Assembly: GCA_947626065.1 (NCBI GenBank)
Contig: CANQQT010000003.1
Span: forward strand, 45,618-109,617
Origin: an uncultured Clostridia bacterium
GTDB lineage: Bacteria; Bacillota; Clostridia; Oscillospirales; CAG-272
DNA: 64,000 nucleotides
Direction: 5' to 3'
Shown here piece after piece: positions 19,179-28,666 of this stretch (position 1 is its first letter; each line of letters begins with the position of its first letter). The notes beneath the pieces are model-generated. The model searched no databases and was not told the DNA's origin. It saw only the letters and a list, made by a program, of their open reading frames with translations. The position numbers were made by a program, and so were the translations under genes.

Positions 19179-21350
19179 CTATGCTTTTCCGCCCCGGTAG
19201 TAGTTGATGAGACAGCCGTCAAGAATGATCTGCCGTTCGGCTCCCGTCATGGAGGGAATCGCAAGAGTCGTTTCCCTGACGCTTCCGTCGGGCGTTATCA
19301 CGAAGGCCGCGACGGTTTCGGCCTGTTCCTCGATCGCGCGGCGGATATCCTTTACAAGAAGGAAGTCGCCGACCGCAAAATCCGGCTCCCTTTCGCTGAG
19401 GAAGGGAATCATTCCCCAGTTGATGAGGTTACTGCGGTAACGCTTGGTCGCGTATTCCAGCGCGACGTTGGCGGAGCCGCCGAGAACCCGCTGGCAGGAG
19501 GCCGCCTGTTCCCGGGCGGAGCCGTCGCCGGGCTTCCTTGCGTAGATGACGCTGCCGATCTGAGGCGTTTTCCCGTCAAGAAGAGAGGAAACGGCGTCGG
19601 AAACCGGCGCGGGGAGAGGGGAGGAGACGGCTTCCTTGGCTCTCTGCACGTAGCCCGGATCCTTGCGGGAAAGGGCAAATTCGGCCAGCTTCAGGGGGTT
19701 GGAGCGGTAGGAAGAGGTTTCCCCGGAGGGAATCAGCTCGTCGGTGGTCGTCACGTTGTCGGTGATGAAGGAGCAGACCTTCATGAGAAGATTCTCTCCT
19801 AAAGCCGGCATGGCGGGCCAGTCGGCGATGTTGGGGCCGAAGCGAAGCTCGACCGAGGGATCGGCCTTTCCAAAGCCGTTATAGACCCGGTTCCGGTAGA
19901 CGGTGTCGTCAAAGAGGTAGTCGGGAGTCTCATAATCGACGGCGAGGTCGGTGGCGGGGGTCAGAATGCCTCCGTTCGCGGCGGTCGCGGCGATCGAGCG
20001 GGCGTCCATCAGGGCGACGTAGGCCTGCTGGCCGTTCCCCGGCTTTGATCCCTCCCGGTTCGGGAAGTTTCTCGTCGAGTGCCGGATGCTGAGACAGCCG
20101 TTGGCGGGGACGTCCCCGGCGCCGAAGCAGGGGCCGCAGAAGGCGGTGCGGAGCGTTACGCCGGCGTCGAGCAGGTCGGCGGCAATGCCGGTGCGCATAA
20201 GCCGGGCGAAGACCGGCTGACTGGCGGGATAGGCGGAAAGGGCGAAGCCTCCGTTTCCGACCGAGCCGCCCCGGAGAATGTCGCGGGCGGCGGAAAGGTT
20301 GTCGTAGGTGCCTCCCGCGCATCCGGCGATGACGCCTTGATCGACGTGCAGGCGTCCCTCCCCGTCGATTTTGTCGTCGAAATTCAGGCCGAATTTGGCA
20401 AGAACGCCCTGCGGGTCGGCCCGGAGCTCATTTACCGTCACGGCGTTTCCGGGATGGAAGGGAAGCGCGATCATGCACTCCACAGCCGAAAGATCGATCT
20501 CCACCGCGCCGTCGTAATAGGCGATGGGAGCGGGCTTCAGCTCGCGGTACGCCTCGGGGCGGCGGTGAATTTGATAATATCTTTCGGTTTCGGCGTCGGT
20601 CGTCCAGATGGAGGACAGACAGGTCGTTTCGGTGGTCATGACGTCGATGCCGTTGCGGTATTCGATCGGGAGATGGGAAACGCCCTCTCCGATAAATTCC
20701 AGCACCTTGTTCTTGACAAAGCCGGAGGCAAAGACCGCGCCGATCAGAGCAATGGCTACGTCGTGGGGGCCGACTCCGGGTCGGGGAGCGCCGGTCAGAC
20801 GGACGGCGATGACCTCCGGGGCGGGAACGTCATAGGTTTTGCCGAGCAGCTGCTTGACAAGCTCAGGGCCGCCCTCGCCGATGGCCATGGTGCCGAGGGC
20901 ACCGTATCTTGTGTGGCTGTCGGAGCCGAGAATCATTTTGCCGCAGGCCGCCATTGTCTCCCGCATATAGGAGTGAATGACCGCCTGATGGGCCGGGACG
21001 TAAATCCCGCCGTATTTCTTCGCCGCTGAAAGGCCGAAAAGATGGTCGTCCTCGTTGATGGTTCCGCCGACGGCGCAGAGGCTGTTGTGGCAGTTGGTGA
21101 GAACGTAGGGAACCGGAAATTCGGTCAGGCCGCTGGCCCGCGCCGTCTGAATGATGCCGACGTAGGTGATATCGTGAGAGGCCATGGCGTCGAAGCGGAG
21201 CGAAAGCTCCTCCTCGTTACCCGAAACGTTGTGGGTCGCAAGGATGGAGTGGGCGATGGTGCCCTTGCGCGCCTCCAAAGCGGGGACGGGGCAGGAGTCG
21301 GTAAAGGCGCCGTTTATGTAGTAGACGCCGTGGTTGATGAGCTGAATCAT
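19179..21350 (-). CDS. Aconitase-family Fe-S hydratase
   Basis: GSDSHT and CGPCFG cluster-ligand motifs are present, and a swivel domain follows the catalytic domains. The start was set at ATG 21350 (GGAGG RBS) rather than the track start 21371. Confidence 0.8.
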   Translation of the reverse strand: MIQLINHGVYYINGAFTDSCPVPALEARKGTIAHSILATHNVSGNEEELSLRFDAMASHDITYVGIIQTARASGLTEFPVPYVLTNCHNSLCAVGGTINEDDHLFGLSAAKKYGGIYVPAHQAVIHSYMRETMAACGKMILGSDSHTRYGALGTMAIGEGGPELVKQLLGKTYDVPAPEVIAVRLTGAPRPGVGPHDVAIALIGAVFASGFVKNKVLEFIGEGVSHLPIEYRNGIDVMTTETTCLSSIWTTDAETERYYQIHRRPEAYRELKPAPIAYYDGAVEIDLSAVECMIALPFHPGNAVTVNELRADPQGVLAKFGLNFDDKIDGEGRLHVDQGVIAGCAGGTYDNLSAARDILRGGSVGNGGFALSAYPASQPVFARLMRTGIAADLLDAGVTLRTAFCGPCFGAGDVPANGCLSIRHSTRNFPNREGSKPGNGQQAYVALMDARSIAATAANGGILTPATDLAVDYETPDYLFDDTVYRNRVYNGFGKADPSVELRFGPNIADWPAMPALGENLLMKVCSFITDNVTTTDELIPSGETSSYRSNPLKLAEFALSRKDPGYVQRAKEAVSSPLPAPVSDAVSSLLDGKTPQIGSVIYARKPGDGSAREQAASCQRVLGGSANVALEYATKRYRSNLINWGMIPFLSEREPDFAVGDFLLVKDIRRAIEEQAETVAAFVITPDGSVRETTLAIPSMTGAERQIILDGCLINYYRGGKA

Positions 21351-21399
21351 GAAAAACCTCCGTGGGATCAAAAATCATTCGGTGGGAAAAGCGTTTTCA

Positions 21400-21700
21400 A
21401 ATTTTAAAAGGCGGAAGGACATTCTGTCCGACATTCTGTCCGATGGGATGCCCGACAGGCAGTCCGGTAAACAGTCCGCCCGGCAGACGGCGCGGAAAGA
21501 TAGAGCAAAAGGAAGTCCGGAGGACAGACTAAAGACAGTCCAAAGAACAGTGCGGGGGAAAGTCCAGGGGCCAGTCCAAAGGACAGACAAAAGACGGTTT
21601 GGAGAAGACGGCGCGGGAGACGGTAAAGAATAGCGAGGCAGACGGCCTTGAAGACGGCACAAAAGGGTCGCGGGTTTCCCTACGCAGACTTAAAAACGCG
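21400..21700. repeat. Degenerate repeat tract (GACAGTCC / GACGG units)
   Basis: There is an exact 12-nt tandem duplication of acattctgtccg (21419..21430 and 21431..21442). It is followed by reiterated (g)gacag(t/a)c(c/t)aaag and agacggc variants. Confidence 0.7.
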
Positions 21701-21810
21701 CGTCGCCGGACCGGCCCCGGAGATAAACGCGAAAAGCGCCCCGCACAAGAGGCGCTTCGACGGTGTCATGGTTTAAAAAACCGATTCTTCCGGAACGCGC
21801 CCGGATCGGT

Positions 21811-22257
21811 TCAGGAGGCCGCGGACGTGTCCTCACCGGCAGCCGTTTCGGAAACGGCGTCCGACGCGGCGTCGGTATCCTCCGCCTCTGCCGTTTCCTC
21901 AGCGGACGCGGATTCCTCCTTCGACTCGGCTTCGGTTCCCGCCGCGCTCTCCGATTCGGCAACCGATTCGGTAGCCGCTTCGGTGGCGGTCAGCTGGCTG
22001 TAGATTTCGTCAAGGTCGGTGTCGTCCTGAATGATAAAGGAAACAAGAACCACCAAAACAAAAATAATGGCGACGATGGTGGTTGCCTTGGAAAGACGCT
22101 TTTCCTTCGTGCTACCCTTGTTCTTTCCGAAGAAGGTGTCGGAGGATCCTCCGCCGATGGAGCCGGAAAGCCCTTTTTCCTTGCCGGACTGAAGCAGAAT
22201 GGTAACGATAAGGAACAGCGCGGACGCAATCAGTATGATGCCAATAGTCAGATCCAT
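21811..22257 (-). CDS. secG: Preprotein translocase subunit SecG with long acidic C-terminal extension
   Basis: MDLTIGIILIASALFLIVTILLQSGKEKGLSGSIGGG matches the SecG signature, and a second TM helix follows. About 70 aa of E/A/S/T-rich tail come after that. ATG 22257 was chosen (GAGGAG RBS). Confidence 0.7.
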   Translation of the reverse strand: MDLTIGIILIASALFLIVTILLQSGKEKGLSGSIGGGSSDTFFGKNKGSTKEKRLSKATTIVAIIFVLVVLVSFIIQDDTDLDEIYSQLTATEAATESVAESESAAGTEAESKEESASAEETAEAEDTDAASDAVSETAAGEDTSAAS

Positions 22258-22399
22258 ATATAAACTCCTCTCAAGCATTTGCCGTCACAACGTATCTCAA
22301 ACGGCACTACCCGTATTTTATAAAGCCTTACTATTCTAACATACTTTTTTCGGAAATGCAAGAGTTATCCGAGATTTTCTCAAATTATTTTCAGATTTC

Positions 22400-22428
22400 T
22401 TGACAAGCGGGTCGAAAAGGTGTATAAT
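22400..22428 (+). promoter_or_regulatory. Sigma-A promoter upstream of tRNA-Ser
   Basis: TTGACA (22400..22405), a 17-nt spacer ending in TG, then TATAAT (22423..22428). Confidence 0.65.
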
Positions 22429-22594
22429 AAAACTGTATTTTCCCCTCCGAAAAGGAAGAAAGTTCCTTTTTTATGGGAAAATCGGGATCTTCCGGGAGCG
22501 GCCTTCCAAAAAGAAGGACGCTGAAAGCGGCGCTTTTTTAAAAATTATCCTTAAAAGAAGAGCGTCTTTTCCTCACCGGGGGATCGGAAAATAA

Positions 22595-22683
22595 GGAGAG
22601 GTATCGAAGCGGTCATAACGAGGCGGTCTTGAAAACCGTTTGGGCGTAAGCCCACAAGGGTTCGAATCCCTTCCTCTCCGCCA
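22595..22683 (+). tRNA. tRNA-Ser (anticodon UGA), CCA encoded
   Basis: The cloverleaf was folded by hand. The acceptor stem pairs GGAGAGG with CCUCUCC and the anticodon stem-loop is GCGGU-CUUGAAA-ACCGU. There is a long variable arm, the T arm is AAGGG-UUCGAAU-CCCUU, and the molecule ends with discriminator G plus CCA. Confidence 0.9.
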
Positions 22684-22784
22684 GCGGCAAGCTGCCGCTC
22701 CCGCACATCGGGGGCAGACGGCTTGCCGCCAAACTTTATACCCAGACGGTAGGGCTTGGATGGGAGCTCTACGATCCGTAAAAA

Positions 22785-22820
22785 ATCGGCAAACCATGCA
22801 AGAGGCTTGCCGATTTTTTT
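22785..22820 (+). terminator. Intrinsic terminator after tRNA-Ser
   Basis: The stem pairs ATCGGCAA (22785..22792) with TTGCCGAT (22807..22814) and is followed by a T6 run. Confidence 0.6.
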
Positions 22821-22952
22821 GAAATTTTTTGATTTTTCCCGAAAATTCAGAAGTCATGTACCAAAAACGTCCCATTCGACGAGGTATTCTTAATAAGGCA
22901 GAGAAACAAAGGGGCGCGGAGCGATGCTCCGCCGTTGAGAGGAGAGGGCCCG

Positions 22953-23636
22953 ATGATTTACGTTGTTTCCGATTTGCACGGATGCTATGAAAAATATCAA
23001 AATCTGCTCAAAACCGTTTCCCTCGGGGACGTGGACACGCTGTACGTGCTGGGGGACGTGATCGACCGGGGCGACGGCGGAATCGAGATTCTGTTCGACA
23101 TGAGGTCGCGCCCCAACGTGAGGCCGCTGATTGGAAACCACGAGTCGCTGGCGCTCGGGGCGATGAAGCGGATCCTCCGCGATTCGCTGGATGAAAGGGC
23201 CGTAAGCAAAACAAAGGCCGGCGTACTCTGGCGGATGTCGGACGGCGAACCCACAATTCAAGCGTTCTGTGCGCTCACGCGGGACAGGCAGCAGGCGATC
23301 GTCGACTATATCGAATCCTTCGGCATTTATGAGGAGCTTACGGTGAACAGTCGGAAGTTTCACCTGTCGCATACCCTTCCTAGTTACGATCCGGCGATCC
23401 CGATCCACGACGTCACCTTTCTGGAATTTCTCTTCGGGGAGGTGGATTACACGAAGGTTTACGCGAGCGATACGCTGTTTGTGACGGGTCACACGCCGAC
23501 GGGGCTGATCGATCCTGCCAGCGCCGGGCGCATCTGGCGGGGAAACCATCATATCGCCATCGACTGCGGAGCAGTTTTCGGCCATCCGCTCGGGTGCCTT
23601 TGTCTGGATACGCTGGAAGAGATTTATATCGAGTAA
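22953..23636 (+). CDS. Serine/threonine protein phosphatase (lambda/PrpA-type metallophosphoesterase)
   Basis: Motifs DLHG, GDVIDRG, GNHE and GHTP occur in the canonical order. The start was taken at MIYVVSDLHG. Confidence 0.8.
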   Translation: MIYVVSDLHGCYEKYQNLLKTVSLGDVDTLYVLGDVIDRGDGGIEILFDMRSRPNVRPLIGNHESLALGAMKRILRDSLDERAVSKTKAGVLWRMSDGEPTIQAFCALTRDRQQAIVDYIESFGIYEELTVNSRKFHLSHTLPSYDPAIPIHDVTFLEFLFGEVDYTKVYASDTLFVTGHTPTGLIDPASAGRIWRGNHHIAIDCGAVFGHPLGCLCLDTLEEIYIE

Positions 23637-23744
23637 GAAAGCCGAAATCACACGCTTGCAGAAGAATATATCTTGGGAGGAGCAGAGGAGGTATTCACGC
23701 GGGCGTTTTCCGAGAAACAAGCGAGAGCTTCAGGTAATTGCTTG

Positions 23745-23774
23745 TTGACAAGGAATAGGCTTTTGTTTTATAAT
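23745..23774 (+). promoter_or_regulatory. Sigma-A type promoter for the PolC-like/WYL operon
   Basis: TTGACA (23745..23750), an 18-nt spacer, then TATAAT (23769..23774). It is followed by a leader of about 200 nt. Confidence 0.55.
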
Positions 23775-23978
23775 AAAAATGAAGAAGTGGCATCGTCGCC
23801 GTTCACTGCAAATCGGATTGTAAAGAGAAAAACATCATGGAATTCAAAATGGAAAAGCGGCTTTTCCTACCGGGAAGGTTGACAACGGCTTCCCCGTCGC
23901 CCATTCGTCCTGCAAGGGATCGGCTGTAAGCCCGGTCCGGATGGATCCATAAACCTTTATAGAGAAGAGGAACAGAAT

Positions 23979-26510
23979 ATGAAACAGCGAGTAGAACTGC
24001 ATACGCACACCAATATGTCGGCCATGGACGGGGTTGACTCGGCGGAACGGTTAATCCGAAGGGCAACCGAACTGGGGATAAAATCCATGGCCATCACCGA
24101 CCGAAACGGCGTGCAGGCGTTTCCGGAGGCGGCCAAAGCGGTCGCGAGGCTTGCCGCACAGGGGTACGACGTTCGCGTTCTCTATGGGATGGACGTAGAC
24201 TGCGCGGACGGCGGCCACGCTTTCCGGATGACGATTTTGGCGCAGACCAAAGAGGGCCTGAAAAACCTTTACCGTCTGGTTACGCTGAGTCACACAAAAA
24301 ATACCGGCGAAGAGGAGCCGCAGATTTCAAAAGACGAGCTGACGGCGCACAGGAAGGGACTGCTTTTCGGCAGCGGCGGCCGTGAGGGCGAGCTGATGCA
24401 GGCCGTCCTGTCCGGACAGCCGTGGAGTCGCCTTTTGGAAATTGCAGGATTTTATGATTATCTGGAAATCCAGCCTTTTCTCGATCGGGAAGCGAACCAA
24501 ACGGTCGTGCGGTTGGGAGAAGCGCTGAATATTCCCGTCTGCGCAACGGGAAACGTGTATTTCTGTTCGCCGGAGGATGAAATCCTGCGGCATATTCTGC
24601 ACGATGCCTCCGCAAAGGCCGACGCGGAGGAGCCGATGCCCTTCTATTTGCGCTCGACTGAGGAGATGCTGGCGGATTTCGCCTATTTGGGAGCAGAAAC
24701 CGCCGAGAAGCTCGTGGTGGAAAATCCCAATCGCATTGCCGATCAAATCGAGTCGCTCCGTCCCATCCCCGAAGGAGTTTATCCGCCGCAAATCGACCAT
24801 GCGGAAGAGCGGCTTTCCACCCTTGTGCGGCAGAGCGCAAAAGCACGGTACGGCGAACCGCTGCCTGAGATTGTGCGCGCGCGGATGGAAAGAGAGCTGT
24901 CTCAAATTGAGGCGCACGGATATGCCGGGTTTTATCTGACCGCGCAGAGGATTGTGGAGGATTCCGAGCGGCACGGATATCATGCCTTTTCCCGCGGCTT
25001 GGTCGGCTCTTCACTGGTCGCCCATCTTGCCGGAATCGCGGACGTCAATCCCCTGCCGCCCCATTACGTTTGCCCTCACGGTCACTTTACAGAATTTTTG
25101 TCGGACGGAAAAGTCGGCTCTGGGTTCGATCTGCCGGAAAAGGCTTGCCCGAAGTGCGGAGCCGCTTTGAATCGGGACGGTCAGGATATTCCCGCAGAAG
25201 TATTTGTCGGTCTTAACGGAGAGAAAGCGCCGGATATTGATCTGAACCTTGCGCCGGCGTATCTGCCTGCCGCTTATGAATTCCTGCAATCGCAGTTCGG
25301 CAAAGAACGTGTTCTGAGGGGTGGAACGATCGACACGGTTCTTGGGAAACGCGCCGTTCGATATGTGCTCAGTTATGCGGAGAAGCATTCCCTCCCCTTG
25401 GACGAAGAGGAAATCTCGCGTTTGGCAAAACGCATTGAGGGGGTGAAGCGCGGAACCGGATGCCATCTGGGCGGGTGGATGGTGATTCCCGCCGCTTTCG
25501 ACGCGGAAGATTTTACGCCTGTACAAATCCCCGAAACCGATCCCTCAAGCGCCGCGCTTGCCACTCATTTTGATTTTTACAGCCTTTCCGGTCTGTTCAA
25601 GCAGGATCTTTTGGGCCACGACGTGCTGTCTGTTTACCGGGCGTTGGAGGATGCGACCGGCGTCTCCGTCAACGACGTACCGATGTGTGATCCAGAGGTA
25701 TACAGCCTGTTTACCTCGCCGGAGGCGCTCGGAGTCACCCCGGAGGACATCGATTGCGAAACCGGCACCCTTGGTCTGCCGGAGCTGGAAACCGAATTCG
25801 TCCGGCAAATGCTGATGGGGACCCGGCCGAAAAGCTTCTCCGACCTGATGAAGATCTCCGGCTTGTCCCACGGGACCGGTGTGTGGAAGGACAATGCCCA
25901 ACAGCTACTCGCCGAGGGGATTTGCTCCCTTTCCGACGTGATCGCCCTGCGCGACGATGTGATGCTGTATCTGATGCGCAAAGGATTTCCGACAGAAAAG
26001 GCATACGAGGTGATGGATGATATCCGGAAAGGGCAGAGCCATCGGCTACTCCCGGAGGTTCGTGGGGAATTGCTTGCCGGCGGCGTACCGGAGTGGTACC
26101 TCGACAGCTGCGCGAAAATCCGTTATCTGTTTCCGAAAGCCCATGCCGCATCTTATATGATGGCGGCGGTAAGGCTGGGATGGTATAAGATCCATTATCC
26201 GGCGGACTTTTATGCCGCCTGCCTCGGCGCCCGTTTTGACTCGGTGACCGAGGACGAGCCTGTCGCCCTGTCGGTTTTGTTAGGCGGAGCGGAGGCGATT
26301 TGCCGCGCGTATGCCGATTGCAAAAAGGCGCAGAACGACGGTTTCCTTTCAGAGCGGGGAACCGCCGTTTACCACCTCGCCTATGAGGCGGTACAGCGCG
26401 GGATATCCTTCCTGCCTGCCGATTCGGAAAAAGCCCCTGCGACCGGCTTTTACGCAGAAAACGGGGTCGTCCTCTGCCACTCGAGCTTCGGAAAAAGGAG
26501 TCGTACGTGA
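23979..26510 (+). CDS. PolC-type DNA polymerase III alpha core paralog lacking N-terminal, OB and 3'-5' exonuclease domains
   Basis: The 843-aa ORF carries PolC-like motifs along its length. The PHP domain starts at VELHTHTNMSAMDG, and palm motifs are APDIDLNL and GVKRGTGCHLGGWMVIP. HFDFYSLSGLFKQDLLGHD follows, and fingers motifs are KISGLSHGTGVW and FPKAHAASYMMAAVRLGWYK. No DEDDh exonuclease segment is present where PolC carries it. Confidence 0.85.
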   Translation: MKQRVELHTHTNMSAMDGVDSAERLIRRATELGIKSMAITDRNGVQAFPEAAKAVARLAAQGYDVRVLYGMDVDCADGGHAFRMTILAQTKEGLKNLYRLVTLSHTKNTGEEEPQISKDELTAHRKGLLFGSGGREGELMQAVLSGQPWSRLLEIAGFYDYLEIQPFLDREANQTVVRLGEALNIPVCATGNVYFCSPEDEILRHILHDASAKADAEEPMPFYLRSTEEMLADFAYLGAETAEKLVVENPNRIADQIESLRPIPEGVYPPQIDHAEERLSTLVRQSAKARYGEPLPEIVRARMERELSQIEAHGYAGFYLTAQRIVEDSERHGYHAFSRGLVGSSLVAHLAGIADVNPLPPHYVCPHGHFTEFLSDGKVGSGFDLPEKACPKCGAALNRDGQDIPAEVFVGLNGEKAPDIDLNLAPAYLPAAYEFLQSQFGKERVLRGGTIDTVLGKRAVRYVLSYAEKHSLPLDEEEISRLAKRIEGVKRGTGCHLGGWMVIPAAFDAEDFTPVQIPETDPSSAALATHFDFYSLSGLFKQDLLGHDVLSVYRALEDATGVSVNDVPMCDPEVYSLFTSPEALGVTPEDIDCETGTLGLPELETEFVRQMLMGTRPKSFSDLMKISGLSHGTGVWKDNAQQLLAEGICSLSDVIALRDDVMLYLMRKGFPTEKAYEVMDDIRKGQSHRLLPEVRGELLAGGVPEWYLDSCAKIRYLFPKAHAASYMMAAVRLGWYKIHYPADFYAACLGARFDSVTEDEPVALSVLLGGAEAICRAYADCKKAQNDGFLSERGTAVYHLAYEAVQRGISFLPADSEKAPATGFYAENGVVLCHSSFGKRSRT

Positions 26511-26576
26511 AAGCGGTGGCAGAAGCCTTTCGGAAATTCAAGTAAACGGCGACCTTTGCCGTAGGAAGGAAGAACC

Positions 26577-27563
26577 ATGGACAGCTTTGAACCGAAAAAA
26601 CTGGCCCTGTTGCGCCTTTGGCAGATTCTGTGGGAGCACAGCGACGACAAGCACCCGCTGACGCAGGAGGAAATGGCAGAGCGGCTACAGAAGGAATATG
26701 GGATCGACCTTGAGCGCAAGGCGATCGGCCGGAATCTCTCGCTACTGCGCGAAGCCGGCGCCGAAATCGAATCCTCCCGGGAGGGGAGCTATCTGCTCTG
26801 CCGGGATTTTGAGGACTCAGAGCTTCATCTGCTGATCGACGGCGTACTCTGCAGCAAGCACGTCACCGCCAAGCATTCGGCGGATCTGATTGACCGGCTC
26901 TGTAGGCTCTCAAACAAATATTTCCGTTCCCACGTCAAAAATATTTGTTCGGTCGGGGACTGGAGCAAAACCGAAAATCCGGCGCTGTTTTACAACATTG
27001 AGATGATCGACACGGCAATCGAACGAAAATGCCGCATCGGTTATGACTACAATAAAATCGGAATCGACAAAAAGCTGCATAATTCCTCTTATCAAGTGGT
27101 GACTCCCTACCAAATGCTGTTGCACAATCAGCGGTATTATCTGATGGCCTACAGCGAATATTGGGGAAACATGGTCTTTCACCGGTTGGATCGCATCACC
27201 GATATGAGCTTGACGGAGGAAAAGGCGACGCCGCTGTCCAAGGTCCCGGGATACGAAAACGGAATGGATTACAAAAGGCTCGCCACCGCCATGCCGTATA
27301 TGTACTCCGACAAGCCGGAGCGGATCACCTTCCTTGCCGACGTCGGAATCGTCGATCAGATCGTCGATTGGTTCGGCGACGATGTGCGGTTTCTAAAATG
27401 TCCGGATGAAGGGAAGGTGGAGGCGACCGTTACCGCCAGCCCCAATGCGATTGTGCATTGGGCGATGCAGTATATCGCTCACGTGGAAATCATATCGCCG
27501 GAATCGCTGAGGGAGACCGTCAGAAAGGCGCTGGAAAAGGGGCTGGAAAAGTATAATCAATAA
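26577..27563 (+). CDS. WYL-domain transcriptional regulator (HTH-WYL-WCX architecture)
   Basis: The N-terminal wHTH reads LTQEEMAERLQKEYGIDLERKAIGRNLSLLREAG. The WYL-domain core reads NQRYYLMAYSEYWGNMVFHRLDRITDM, and a C-terminal extension follows. Confidence 0.85.
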   Translation: MDSFEPKKLALLRLWQILWEHSDDKHPLTQEEMAERLQKEYGIDLERKAIGRNLSLLREAGAEIESSREGSYLLCRDFEDSELHLLIDGVLCSKHVTAKHSADLIDRLCRLSNKYFRSHVKNICSVGDWSKTENPALFYNIEMIDTAIERKCRIGYDYNKIGIDKKLHNSSYQVVTPYQMLLHNQRYYLMAYSEYWGNMVFHRLDRITDMSLTEEKATPLSKVPGYENGMDYKRLATAMPYMYSDKPERITFLADVGIVDQIVDWFGDDVRFLKCPDEGKVEATVTASPNAIVHWAMQYIAHVEIISPESLRETVRKALEKGLEKYNQ

Positions 27564-27768
27564 ATTGCCCGTTGAATTTTATATGAGATTTTCAGCGGGA
27601 AACACACAGCTTTAACAGCAAAATATGAAATCTTTCTTTTCCAACTTAATTTAAAATTTCAAACGGTTATAATGGTGGAAGATATATCACAATTCAAAAC
27701 CGGTACGCAAAGGCGCGTCACAGACCGGATAAAAACCCGCCATACGAGCAAAAAAGAGGCGTCAAATC

Positions 27769-28443
27769 ATGCACAAAGGCGTATTTATCGGAAAACACGC
27801 GGCAGAACAGAAAAAGAAAGTACTGATTTTAGGGGAATCTCACCATGTAGGCGATTACAACAGGGATTGTCTGGGGCAAGAGGCGGAATATACCACCGAA
27901 TCGGTTATTCGAGAGGATTATTATCGAGACCCATACAATCCCAAATACCGGATTTTCGATAAGATTATCAAGTCCTTCGGATACGACCCGGAGCTTCCGG
28001 GCGCAAGGGAGAATTTCTGGGAAACGGTCTATTTCGGGAATTACATCCCCGTATTATGTGGCATAAAAACGGGTAATGCCGCAGAGTTATTGGAGAATGC
28101 CGAAAATCGCAGGCAGTATAACAACCATCTCTTTGAATTTGCAAACGAAAAGGGTATTGACGTGATCTTCTGCTTTAGTCGGCTGGTTTATAAGAAATTG
28201 CCCGAATTTTCCGAAGATGCGAAGGTGCGTGCTTTTGAGCAAGTGGATAGTATAAAATGCGGAAAGATCGGAAAAGTCGACGACCGTATTGACCGATGCC
28301 GTTATTGCGCCGACTCCGAACATACCGCTGTGGACGTTTTGTTGAATAAGAGCCTGACCGTATTCGGTATGCGCCATCCGTCCTCAGGAGGCGGTTTTAA
28401 GCCTTCAAATTATGCGGATAAGTTAAAATCGGAGCTGAAATAA
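27769..28443 (+). CDS. Hypothetical protein in an AT-rich patch; weak uracil-DNA-glycosylase-superfamily-like motifs
   Basis: The 224-aa ORF has visibly lower GC than its neighbours. VLILGESHH near the N-terminus and VFGMRHPSS near the C-terminus resemble UDG motifs A and B. This assignment is tentative. Confidence 0.5.
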   Translation: MHKGVFIGKHAAEQKKKVLILGESHHVGDYNRDCLGQEAEYTTESVIREDYYRDPYNPKYRIFDKIIKSFGYDPELPGARENFWETVYFGNYIPVLCGIKTGNAAELLENAENRRQYNNHLFEFANEKGIDVIFCFSRLVYKKLPEFSEDAKVRAFEQVDSIKCGKIGKVDDRIDRCRYCADSEHTAVDVLLNKSLTVFGMRHPSSGGGFKPSNYADKLKSELK

Positions 28444-28533
28444 AAAGCAATTTTAGTTTGCATACGATAGGCAAACCCCGGCTTTCGATTACCGCTATCC
28501 AAAAGAGGGAGGTTTTAATACTTCCATGTCACC

Positions 28534-28561
28534 GGCCCGAGGCCATCCCGGGCCTTTTTTT
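28534..28561 (+). terminator. Intrinsic terminator after the orphan gene
   Basis: The stem pairs GGCCCG (28534..28539) with CGGGCC (28549..28554) and is followed by a T7 run. Confidence 0.6.
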
Positions 28562-28666
28562 GCATGAAGAGGCGCAAAAAAGGAAGAGGCCCTCGGATGC
28601 CCCAATTTTGGGACATCCGAGGTGGTATAATTCGAGTCAGAAACAAAGAAGGAGAGGGCTTTTTTC

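Noticed and set aside
22684-23000. Integrative element attachment site at tRNA-Ser
   Set aside because: No integrase or recombinase ORF is present, and I could not spot a direct repeat of the tRNA 3' end further right in the window. It is retained only as a hot-spot hypothesis.
23837-23929. A 30-codon ORF (MEFKMEKRLFLPGRLTTASPSPIRPARDRL) in the PolC-like leader
   Set aside because: It has no convincing RBS and nothing to indicate conservation, so it was treated as part of the untranslated leader.
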